The notes beneath the pieces were generated by a model. That model did not search any database and was not told where the DNA came from. It was given only the letters and a program-made list of their open reading frames with translations. From IMG/VR virus record IMGVR_UViG_3300010398_000023, positions 1-35,051 of that record: a stretch of 35,051 nucleotides of DNA; one strand, given 5' to 3'. The translations under genes and the position numbers were made by a program. Positions 18,374 through 26,282 of this stretch are shown one piece after another (position 1 is the stretch's first letter; each line of letters begins with the position of its first letter). The stretch comes from a virus (taxonomy: Duplodnaviria; Caudoviricetes).

Positions 18374-19309
18374 CTAATCCTTCCACCCCAGGGCTCGCAG
18401 CCGTTCCTCCAGTAGGCGCTTGGTCGTCATGTCGTTGGCCCCGTGCGGTACCGTGCCACTGACGTGGCCCCCGGTGCTGGGAACGGGCGGAAGGACGCGA
18501 GCGTCCTCAGCTTTCCCGTTCCGCCAGGAATTCAATTGCCGCACGAGCAAGCCCTGGAGCGGCTTCGCCCACTCGGCAAAGATGTACGGAACCTCGTGCA
18601 TTTCGAGAGTCGGTATCCGACGGGCGGCATCCAAGACATACGCCCGTGCATGTGGCAGCCACCCATCGTCCAGGCGGTTATCGGCCAGCAGCCTCCCGAG
18701 CACGCCACTCAGTTCGGTGTCCGTGGCATGGAGTTGCTGCTGCTCCTGGGCCTGGCTCACGCGCTGGCGGTCGCCTTCGATCATCGACCGCAGCTGCCGC
18801 ACCTCGTTCAGGATCGCCGGATCGGCATGCGGCTGCGCCGCTGCCTGCTTCGATCCCTCCCGGACCGACCCCGCGCGCTGGAACAACTGCTCTGCGAGGT
18901 CTGGATTTTCCTCGATCAGCTGTTCGAGCACCCGGAAATCATCCCGGACACTCGTCAGCTGCTGGTTTTCCCGCCGCAGTTCCTCGATCTGCGTGTTGAC
19001 CCGCCCCATCTCCTGCTGATGCGCGGAGCGGGCACGGGTCGCGTCCGTCTGCACCTCCCGGAACTTGCGCCACGGGACGTGCGGCTCGTCGATCGGCTTG
19101 ACGCCTTCCGGCGTCGCAGCAGCCTGCTCAGACGTGCCCTCTGCGGCCCCTGGCGTGCCCGCTGGCGGCTTGGACGGGGCGGACTGGGCCGATGACCCGT
19201 CCCGGCCTCCTGCGGGCGCGCTCGGGGCTGCTGGGGGCGGACCGCTCGGTGGGGCTCCCGCCGGGGGTCCAGACGGAGTGGTACTCGGGGCTGCGGTGGG
19301 TTCGCTCAT
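18374..19309 (-). CDS. Capsid scaffolding protein
   Basis: ~311 aa; disordered Pro/Ala N-terminus, VPWRKFREV motif, then coiled coils; between portal and capsid genes; GGAG RBS before ATG 19312/19309. Confidence 0.8.
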   Translation of the reverse strand: MSEPTAAPSTTPSGPPAGAPPSGPPPAAPSAPAGGRDGSSAQSAPSKPPAGTPGAAEGTSEQAAATPEGVKPIDEPHVPWRKFREVQTDATRARSAHQQEMGRVNTQIEELRRENQQLTSVRDDFRVLEQLIEENPDLAEQLFQRAGSVREGSKQAAAQPHADPAILNEVRQLRSMIEGDRQRVSQAQEQQQLHATDTELSGVLGRLLADNRLDDGWLPHARAYVLDAARRIPTLEMHEVPYIFAEWAKPLQGLLVRQLNSWRNGKAEDARVLPPVPSTGGHVSGTVPHGANDMTTKRLLEERLRALGWKD

Positions 19310-19319
19310 CATCCTCTCC

Positions 19320-19377
19320 GGTGCCGCGTGTGGCCGGGCACCCTTCGCCAACGGGGGGACGGTGTGGGCACCCCCCG
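19320..19377 (-). promoter_or_regulatory. Two tandem RNA hairpins in the portal-scaffold intergenic region
   Basis: CGGGGGG/CCCCCCG stem (19352-19377) and GGTGCC/GGCACC stem (19320-19342); both enclose CCACAC on the mRNA strand; the second abuts the scaffold RBS. Confidence 0.4.
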
Positions 19378-19390
19378 ATCACCCAACGCC

Positions 19391-21676
19391 TTATCCAGGC
19401 GGCGCAGCTTGTTCTTCCTGTACGGACCGTTCAGCACTTGCAAGCAGGGCATCGACTCCGGCCGCCTTCGCTTCCGAGGCCATCGTGATGCGTTCCTGCA
19501 TCTTCTGCTCCTTCTGCTGCTCGTCAGCCTGCTCAGCCTGATCGACGGCCTGGTTGTGCATTTCGACGTGCTGCTGGTAGGCTTGCTGGGCCTCCGGCGG
19601 CAGTTCGTCGAAGGACGGGTCCTTCATCCGGGCCATGTGCTCGGAGAGGTGGACCTGATGGTCGTCGACCGCCGTGATCTGGGTCGGGATGCCGTCATCC
19701 ATCGCCGCATTCTCCTTCTCGGCGCGGCGATGATCGGGACCGATCTGGGTGTCGAACGATTCGATGCCGAGTTGCTCTAGCAGCTTCTGCTTCTGGACCG
19801 GGTCATTCACGTCGATCAGGCCACCCTCGACGGCGTCCATGATCGTCTGCTGCTTGGCAGACTGCGAGCGCCAGATAAGCGTCCCCGGATCGACCGAGAC
19901 ATCGGTGTTGCCCCGCAGATCGGCTCCGGTGAACGTCTTCGCCTGCCACTGGTTCCCCACCCCGAGCAATTTGACGATCCGGGGCTCGCGGTAGAACCGC
20001 TGCGCGAGCAGCAGCTTTTTCCGATCGCGACAGGAAATCCACTCGCCCCAGCGTTTGAGCCGGGGAATGGTAACCTCCTCTTTTGCTTCCTTCGCAAAGT
20101 TCATCGCGATGCCGCTCCGCACCCCGGCGGGCACATCTTCCTTCCCCATTGTCGCGGCATCCTGCGCGAGCATGTCCATCGCCTGGAGCGCCATCTGCCG
20201 CTCGTCCATGATCTGCTGCGGCAGGGGGGTGCCAGGGACGACTTGGGGGGCGGCCCCGACCCCGACAAAGTTGTAGAGCACGGTCGCCCCGGGCTTCATG
20301 TACTGACGCGACGGGTCCAGACCCGAGCCCTTCGGGGCCAGCACCCAGGGCGACAGCATCGTTTTCCGGTTCAAGATCAGCTGGCAGTCGATGCCATTGA
20401 TCCGCTTCTGGAGCGGGACCATGTCCTCCGCAGGCGTGCGCCCGGCGAAGCGCCCCGGCACCAGATCGTAGCGGAATTCGGTGTAGTTGAAATCCCCGGT
20501 CACTTTCCCGTTCTCGTCCGTGATCGGGAGCGGCCCGGAGTGCAGCAGCACCCCGTTGGCCACGATGGCATAGAGGCCATCGGGGAACTGCTGCGAGGGC
20601 TTCTCCTGATACTTTCGCAGCACCGCGCCGTGGCGGTAGAACTGCGTGCCGCCGTAGTACGCCGAGCCCTGCACCGACGGACCAACCAGCGAGAGGATGG
20701 ACGCCTCGTAGAAATTCATGGCATCGACGCCTTCTTCGCTCCCGACATATTGCCCCATGTCCGGGAAATTCTCGTCGATCCAGTCGAGGTCGACGTAGAT
20801 CGCCTCCCCGCACCAGCGCGCCGTCGCCAGGTTCTTCGCCTTCGGGTCCCAGTAAAAATTCATCAGGCTGCGGACCCGGGATTGAATCTCGCCCTCGGGG
20901 ATGTAGTCGATCATCGGCTCGCCGGTCTCCGGATCAGTCTCCGGCGTCATCTGCGAGGTTTCGATCGGGCTGCCATCCGGCCAGAACCGGGGCCGCTGCG
21001 CCGCCTCCATGCCCGGCGCACCGCAGTTGGGACACATGCCCGTCACCTGGGTGGCATCGGCCTGGCCGCCACACGCCACACACTGGGCGGCATCCTCCAT
21101 GATCGGGGTCGTCTCCTGCGTGAGACGCGGCACCGCCATCACCCGTCCGGCCTGCGGATTGAAGATGTCCTCGGCAATCACCGTCCCCGTGAGCACGGCG
21201 ATCAGAGAGGATTCGTCCCGCAGCGGGTCCTCGTCCGCCACGTCGTAGAAATGGCCGATCAGCTTCTCGGCCACCTTGGCGGCCTGAATGTCCGCAGGCT
21301 CGTTCGTGTTCGGACGCACCCGGCCCTGGGGTTGTGAGCGCGCGAGCCCAGCCTGCATCACCCCGATGCGCGGCGCGAGCATGTTTGTGACCGGGGTCGG
21401 GAACCACGAGGGCGCATTCCAGCGCGTGAACCGGCGCGTCGAATCCGACCACTCCATCCACTGGATGCCGCAGAAGAACGCGATGGTCTCAAACATCTGG
21501 CGTTCGAGCGCCCAGCGCGCGTTCTCGCGCCCTGTGAACTGGATGCGCTCGGTCACCCGCTGGATCACCTTTCGCTCATCCGGATTCGGGGTGTACCCCG
21601 GCTGCGGTTTCCGGGGATCGGTGACCGCCGATCCCTCAACCGTCGTACTGAGCGCGGTGGTGGGCGGCCCGATCAT
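19391..21676 (-). CDS. Portal protein (long P22-like type) with Zn-ribbon insertion
   Basis: 761 aa; VTNMLAPRI, VRPNTNEPADIQAAKVAEKL, GRTPAEDMVPLQKRIN, RSGIAMNF and C-terminal DDHQVHLSEH portal motifs. Confidence 0.9.
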   Translation of the reverse strand: MIGPPTTALSTTVEGSAVTDPRKPQPGYTPNPDERKVIQRVTERIQFTGRENARWALERQMFETIAFFCGIQWMEWSDSTRRFTRWNAPSWFPTPVTNMLAPRIGVMQAGLARSQPQGRVRPNTNEPADIQAAKVAEKLIGHFYDVADEDPLRDESSLIAVLTGTVIAEDIFNPQAGRVMAVPRLTQETTPIMEDAAQCVACGGQADATQVTGMCPNCGAPGMEAAQRPRFWPDGSPIETSQMTPETDPETGEPMIDYIPEGEIQSRVRSLMNFYWDPKAKNLATARWCGEAIYVDLDWIDENFPDMGQYVGSEEGVDAMNFYEASILSLVGPSVQGSAYYGGTQFYRHGAVLRKYQEKPSQQFPDGLYAIVANGVLLHSGPLPITDENGKVTGDFNYTEFRYDLVPGRFAGRTPAEDMVPLQKRINGIDCQLILNRKTMLSPWVLAPKGSGLDPSRQYMKPGATVLYNFVGVGAAPQVVPGTPLPQQIMDERQMALQAMDMLAQDAATMGKEDVPAGVRSGIAMNFAKEAKEEVTIPRLKRWGEWISCRDRKKLLLAQRFYREPRIVKLLGVGNQWQAKTFTGADLRGNTDVSVDPGTLIWRSQSAKQQTIMDAVEGGLIDVNDPVQKQKLLEQLGIESFDTQIGPDHRRAEKENAAMDDGIPTQITAVDDHQVHLSEHMARMKDPSFDELPPEAQQAYQQHVEMHNQAVDQAEQADEQQKEQKMQERITMASEAKAAGVDALLASAERSVQEEQAAPPG

Positions 21677-22122
21677 CAGGTCCCGTACGCCGTGCAGACG
21701 AACTGGGTCGTGGTGGCCACGGTGCCGCTATACTCGGTCCCCGCTCCCGCCGCGTAGAGTTTGACCCGCACCGTCTTCCCCGTGGCATCGGCCAGCGCCA
21801 CCGGCTGCAGACCGCTCGCGCCGTTGCAGACCACCCACTGCACGGTGTTCAGCCCGAGCAAGCCAAAGTTCGCCGCATTGAGCGCATCGCCCCCACCCGT
21901 GTACGTCCCGCCATCCCCGGCCACATCGAATCGCACGATAAAAAGCGAGCCCCCGCTCTGCCGATTGAGGCAGGCGGGATTCACCGCCGGAGCCGCCGAC
22001 ACGCAGCAGATCGTCGGCGTCGCTGCCGCTGTACAATCCGATGGCTTGGTCACCTTCCAGACGACCGCCGCCTGGGCCGAGACCGCCACCGCGAGCAGGG
22101 CGACTACCAGAATCCGTCTCAT
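21676..22122 (-). CDS. Secreted Cys-rich protein resembling the decoration protein 14869..15186
   Basis: 148 aa; signal peptide MRRILVVALLAVAVSAQA; 6 Cys; YTGGG..LGL..V...VKLY..GTE...AYG pattern. Confidence 0.7.
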   Translation of the reverse strand: MRRILVVALLAVAVSAQAAVVWKVTKPSDCTAAATPTICCVSAAPAVNPACLNRQSGGSLFIVRFDVAGDGGTYTGGGDALNAANFGLLGLNTVQWVVCNGASGLQPVALADATGKTVRVKLYAAGAGTEYSGTVATTTQFVCTAYGT

Positions 22123-22487
22123 AGCTTTCCTCCCCCGATCATCGAGTCGAGCATGTCCATTGCTCGGTTGACTTCCTCGGCCGGAACCGGGCGACCCGCT
22201 TCATCGAGGTACACCGCCCCGTCCATCGCCTTCTTCCAGTCCTCTTGTTTCACGAGCCGCCCAGCCACTCGCACCCAGGCTTGGCCTTCGGAATCGACCA
22301 CCGTCTCGGTGGGCACCAGATCAGGATTCGCCACCGGGCCGCCCTGCAGCTGTCCCTGGGCTTGATACGCCTGGTACGCCGGAGGCGAGAGCGCCGCCAT
22401 CAAGCGGTTCGTCAAATCCTGCCGCTCCGAGGTGAGGTTCAAGATTTGATTGCGGTAGAACGCGCAATTCGGACAGTCGTCGCTCAT
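22119..22487 (-). CDS. Hypothetical protein, CxxC plus coiled coil
   Basis: 122 aa from ATG 22487 (ATGA overlap with endolysin stop); MSDDCPNCAFYRNQI. Confidence 0.7.
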   Translation of the reverse strand: MSDDCPNCAFYRNQILNLTSERQDLTNRLMAALSPPAYQAYQAQGQLQGGPVANPDLVPTETVVDSEGQAWVRVAGRLVKQEDWKKAMDGAVYLDEAGRPVPAEEVNRAMDMLDSMIGGGKL

Positions 22488-23056
22488 GCGCCCGCCAGAT
22501 GGGTAATCGCATTCGTGAACTTGACTGCGTAGCCCTGGATCGCGCTCGCCTGATCCAACCCGTTCACGATCTTCCGGGCGTTGTAGTAGTCCGTCTGCGT
22601 GTCGTTGATATATTTGGGCAATCCCACGCCCGTGAAATCCCCGTCCGCCATGCCCCCGAAAATGATCTGGGTCGCGATCTGCAGATCGAGCGCCGTATCC
22701 GGCGTCTTCACCAGCTGCTGGTTCAATTTCAGCTTCACGTCCTGCTTCTGGTAATTCTCGTACCACGTCAGCTGCACGAACCCACGCCCGTAGTACACCT
22801 GATTGTACGGCCCGGCTGGCTGCCCATACGGCTTCCCCTTGCCCTTGCCGTACTCCGCAATCGGCTGCATGGTGAGCGCCGTCTCGTGGTAGGTCGTGGC
22901 GAGCAGGTAGGCGAGCCAGCGATCATCCCACTGCAACATTTCGGCGTAGTCGAGGATCGCGTTCTGCCCATCGACCTGGGGCTGACTCATGGACCCCGAG
23001 AACAGCGAGCCCCGCACCGAGTCGTAGTAGTATTTCCGGTTAATGTACCCGCTCAT
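22484..23056 (-). CDS. Endolysin, glycoside hydrolase family 19
   Basis: 190 aa; AYLLATTYHET, PIAEYG, YYGRGFVQLTWYENY, ARKIVNG are GH19 phage lysozyme motifs. Confidence 0.9.
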   Translation of the reverse strand: MSGYINRKYYYDSVRGSLFSGSMSQPQVDGQNAILDYAEMLQWDDRWLAYLLATTYHETALTMQPIAEYGKGKGKPYGQPAGPYNQVYYGRGFVQLTWYENYQKQDVKLKLNQQLVKTPDTALDLQIATQIIFGGMADGDFTGVGLPKYINDTQTDYYNARKIVNGLDQASAIQGYAVKFTNAITHLAGA

Positions 23057-23358
23057 GGCGTCGGTCCTTTCTCCCGCAGTTCTTTCTCATGGAGGTCGAT
23101 GAGGGCCTTGGAGTCCTTCGCAATCTCCGTCACCGCTTGCGTCTGCGCCTTAATTTCGATCGTCTGTGCCCGCATCTCAGCCACGAAGGCATCGAGCACT
23201 CCGGCGTTGTGCTCCATGCGCGCAATCACCACATCGAAGCGGGTGAGCATCCACCAGAGCAGCACGCCCGCCATGACGGTCGGGAAGCCGACCTGGATGA
23301 CCAGCTTCGACACCGTGTCGACCCAGCCCCCCGGGGGCGGTGGTATGGCCGTCGTCAT
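23053..23358 (-). CDS. Putative holin (single TM plus coiled coil; YvrJ/BhlA-like)
   Basis: 101 aa; [15 protein letters not shown] hydrophobic segment then coiled coil; directly upstream of endolysin. Confidence 0.7.
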   Translation of the reverse strand: MTTAIPPPPGGWVDTVSKLVIQVGFPTVMAGVLLWWMLTRFDVVIARMEHNAGVLDAFVAEMRAQTIEIKAQTQAVTEIAKDSKALIDLHEKELREKGPTP

Positions 23359-23933
23359 GGCGCAAGGCAGTACACCGTGGTGGTCACCGTGAACGTGCTG
23401 CCCATCCCGAACCGCGCCGTGGCCGCTGCGCGCCCGAGCCAGCCCGTTGCCGTCGGTCCACTCTCCTGCAGATGCATCCGGGTGTTGTCGACGGCATCCG
23501 ATGCCTCGGCCAGCACGCCCCCGCCAATCGGCACCTCCCCGGCGAGGCAGTCCACCGTGACGACGACCTCCTGATTCACATTCGGCCGGGGCACGCTGGT
23601 ACTCTCGCTCCGCGCCGTCACGCTGCCCGCCCCCATCCCGGGCGGTCCCGTCGGCCCCGTTGGCCCGATGGCTCCGGCCATACCAGGGGCACCAGGGGCA
23701 CCAGGGGCACCAGGCGCACCAGAGGGACCAGGGGCACCAGGGGCACCAACAGCACCAGGCGCACCAGGGGCACCAACAGCACCAGGGGCACCAGGGGCAC
23801 CAGGCGGTCCCGGCTCAGCCGGGCACAGGTTGCATTTCTTGGCCAGGTGCAGCGTCATGTTATGGCACGTTCCAGCCGATGCCCAGCACGGGAGAGATGC
23901 CAGTAGGACGAACCCCATCGTGATCCAGCGCAT
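23355..23933 (-). CDS. Collagen-like protein, probably secreted
   Basis: About 20 G-X-Y triplets, then a C..GE..IGGG...GW...VYC beta domain. Start at 23933 gives a signal peptide ([20 protein letters not shown]); alternative start 23858 lacks it. Confidence 0.75.
   Translation of the reverse strand: MRWITMGFVLLASLPCWASAGTCHNMTLHLAKKCNLCPAEPGPPGAPGAPGAVGAPGAPGAVGAPGAPGPSGAPGAPGAPGAPGMAGAIGPTGPTGPPGMGAGSVTARSESTSVPRPNVNQEVVVTVDCLAGEVPIGGGVLAEASDAVDNTRMHLQESGPTATGWLGRAAATARFGMGSTFTVTTTVYCLAP
23682..23807. repeat. 9-bp tandem repeat (ACCAGGGGC)x~14 encoding GAP collagen triplets
   Basis: Directly visible repeat with variants ACCAACAGC and ACCAGGCGC. Confidence 0.9.
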
Positions 23934-24747
23934 AGGTGCCCGCCGCGAACACCATGAGCCCATGCGGCAAAGGCACGCGCACCCCGAACGCCACATCGAA
24001 CGTGCTTCCGTCGCCATACGTCACATCGAAAAGGGATAAGGAGTTTTGAGTGCCCGTGCTCCCGAGAAATTCCAGTACCACCGCCACAGGACCGACCAGC
24101 GCCGATGCGCCGACCCCGTAGCTCAGCCCCGATTCCTTAAACGCGGTCACATCGAACTCACCCGCCACCCGCGCATTCAGCTGTGCCCGCGTGCCAATGG
24201 GCCACGAGGCCACCACCCCGGGGCTCAGCCAGTACGTCCCGAGCCCGAACCCGCGCGTCGCATCGCCCGTCGGGAAGATCGCCTTCAACGTCAGCGCGAG
24301 ATTGGGATGGACGCGATACTTGAACCGCACACTCAGATCGCTCACCCCCACCGCCGAGAACGTCGTGTGCCCGACGAAGGGTCCCACTTGCGCGCGGACG
24401 GTCGCATCCTCCTGCACGATCGGCAGGACGAGGCTGGCATCCAGCTGGTCCGTAATCCCGTAGCTCAGTGCCGCCACCACAATGGTGGTCCGCACGTCAA
24501 AGTGGAAGGTCGTCTGCGGCTGCGGCGCGGCGTGCAGTTGTAGCTGGCTCGTCTCTGCGAGCACATTCGTGTTCACAGTCCCTTGCCCCAGCGTGTCCGC
24601 GTGATCGAGGAAAATCGGCCCGAGCGGCTCCATACTGGAATCAATCGCGCCCTCCATGTTCGCGGGCGACGTGGGACCCAGCACCACCGCCTCTCCGAGA
24701 TTCTGCAGACAGAGCGGCAGCACGAGCGCCATGGGATGCATCATCAC
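23860..24747 (-). CDS. Outer-membrane beta-barrel, MetA-pathway-of-phenol-degradation / 'transporter' family-like
   Basis: 295 aa; [47 protein letters not shown]...GLG motifs and alternating amphipathic strands. Confidence 0.7.
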   Translation of the reverse strand: MMMHPMALVLPLCLQNLGEAVVLGPTSPANMEGAIDSSMEPLGPIFLDHADTLGQGTVNTNVLAETSQLQLHAAPQPQTTFHFDVRTTIVVAALSYGITDQLDASLVLPIVQEDATVRAQVGPFVGHTTFSAVGVSDLSVRFKYRVHPNLALTLKAIFPTGDATRGFGLGTYWLSPGVVASWPIGTRAQLNARVAGEFDVTAFKESGLSYGVGASALVGPVAVVLEFLGSTGTQNSLSLFDVTYGDGSTFDVAFGVRVPLPHGLMVFAAGTYALDHDGVRPTGISPVLGIGWNVP

Positions 24748-25490
24748 TGCACCGTGAGATACGCGGCCATCGTTTCGTTGTAGGACCCTGCCGGGGTGAG
24801 CGTGGCGGGCCAGGTCCCGTAGGCTTGCGACACCCAGGCGAAGCAGCCGGTGCAGGTGGGCGGGTTCTGAATCCCGAAGCTCGTCGCGGCATCGTCGGTC
24901 GTGCAGGCGATCCAGTACCGGGTGTTCGCGGCGACGTGACAGGTGCCCGAGGTCGCGGCGACGGCGTAGGAGTTCTGGTTGGTCCCGCCGAAGGCGTAGG
25001 GGACCGTGTCGCAGCCCGCCGCCACCTTGTTCCGTGGGGGACCAGCGGAGTCGTAGAGCGAGCAGGAGACGTGCTTCCCTGCGGTACTAGCACCGATAAA
25101 GACGCCGATCAGGGTCACGTTGTAGCCCCCGGCGTTCGCGCCGGTCGGGCAAGTCTGCGCGAGGTTGGCGTAGCCGAACACGCTCGACTGCGTCGCGTTC
25201 ATCACGGGGATGGTATTCGGGCAGTTCGCGTCCGCATTGCCCGCAGCGGGGATGTTGAAAGAGGGCAGCGTGGTCGTGGTGGTCGTCGCGGGCACCCCGA
25301 TCCCCACCACCGCTGGGCCACTATTGGTCATCGGGCTCCCGACTCCCAGGGTATCCGCCGGACCGCCCCAGGCGCGCGTACAGAGCAGCAGGAGGGCATA
25401 GAGGGTCCAGACCGCGATGAAGGCCGAAAGCGGCCCGTGGCAGGCGTCGTAGAGCGCCTGGAGGGCAATTCTGCGGAGCGTCGGGTTCAC
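24744..25490 (-). CDS. Secreted Cys-rich beta-sandwich protein
   Basis: 248 aa; hydrophobic segment ending AWG, Thr-run linker, 8 Cys in mature part; SLYD..G.P...ANTRYWIA motif. Confidence 0.7.
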   Translation of the reverse strand: MNPTLRRIALQALYDACHGPLSAFIAVWTLYALLLLCTRAWGGPADTLGVGSPMTNSGPAVVGIGVPATTTTTTLPSFNIPAAGNADANCPNTIPVMNATQSSVFGYANLAQTCPTGANAGGYNVTLIGVFIGASTAGKHVSCSLYDSAGPPRNKVAAGCDTVPYAFGGTNQNSYAVAATSGTCHVAANTRYWIACTTDDAATSFGIQNPPTCTGCFAWVSQAYGTWPATLTPAGSYNETMAAYLTVQ

Positions 25491-25876
25491 TGCATTTCCG
25501 GGCCGAGGAAGAAGCTGGCGTTCACGCTACAGGTCGCACACGCGGTCGCGTTCAGCCGATACTCGCAGAGGGGATAGACGACGCTGACGGCAGCAGCCGA
25601 GACGGTGAGCGCACTCGAACTCCCGCTCACCAGGGACCAGCCGGTCGCCGCCCCCGTGCAGTTAATTTCCAGCTGGGTCGTCGCCGTCCCCGCCGTGTTC
25701 CAACTCGTCACGACGAGCGTCCGGTATTTCCCGCGCCCGACCTTGATCGAGTTGGCCGAGGCTCCGGTCGCGGTCTGCGCCGTCGCGAGCGTGCCCGTGG
25801 TCACCTGCGACGAATCGAGCACGGTGCCCTGCGCCGTCGCGACCCACAGCACCACCAGCGCGATGAGTGCTCTCAT
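25487..25876 (-). CDS. Secreted small jelly-roll/spike-like protein
   Basis: 129 aa from ATG 25876 (ATGA overlap, GAGGG RBS); signal peptide MRALIALVVLWVATAQG; GTATTQLE...GW...YRLN pattern; 4 Cys. Confidence 0.7.
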   Translation of the reverse strand: MRALIALVVLWVATAQGTVLDSSQVTTGTLATAQTATGASANSIKVGRGKYRTLVVTSWNTAGTATTQLEINCTGAATGWSLVSGSSSALTVSAAAVSVVYPLCEYRLNATACATCSVNASFFLGPEMQ

Positions 25877-26073
25877 GGTTCCCCTCCCTCGGGCGGCACC
25901 GCCCCGTTCCCGGCTTCGAGCAATCCGCGTAACGCCGCGATGGCACCCTCGACCTGCGCGCACCGATGCTTCGCCGTCTGCAGCGCAAGTCGATACCGCG
26001 CCACCTCGCTCTGCTGATACCGCAACTGCTGATCGAGATTCGCGATACGATCCTCAATGCTCACCGATTCCAT
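25873..26073 (-). CDS. Small coiled-coil protein, possible fibre chaperone
   Basis: 66 aa from ATG 26073 (TGATG overlap); heptads ending QVEGAIAALRGLL; follows fibre genes. Confidence 0.6.
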   Translation of the reverse strand: MESVSIEDRIANLDQQLRYQQSEVARYRLALQTAKHRCAQVEGAIAALRGLLEAGNGAVPPEGGEP

Positions 26074-26282
26074 CAGGTCAGACCCCCACTCGGCGGACCG
26101 GGGTCCGCCTTGTGAATCCACATATCCCGGCACTTGTCGGTATCGAAATCGTAGACCGTGAACTGCTCGTCCGAGGTCACGGCAGGCGGCTCGCCCGACA
26201 CGTAGTGCGTGTGCGTGATCTGCGCGCGTGCCCAGCCGGTCGGGTCTTCGGACTCCTTATTGCAGACGACACACTTATACAT
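26073..26282 (-). CDS. Small CxxC protein
   Basis: 69 aa from ATG 26282 (TAATG overlap); MYKCVVC...YDFDTDKCRDMW. Confidence 0.65.
   Translation of the reverse strand: MYKCVVCNKESEDPTGWARAQITHTHYVSGEPPAVTSDEQFTVYDFDTDKCRDMWIHKADPGPPSGGLT

Noticed and set aside
23682-23807. CRISPR array
   Set aside because: 9-bp coding tandem repeat with no spacers.
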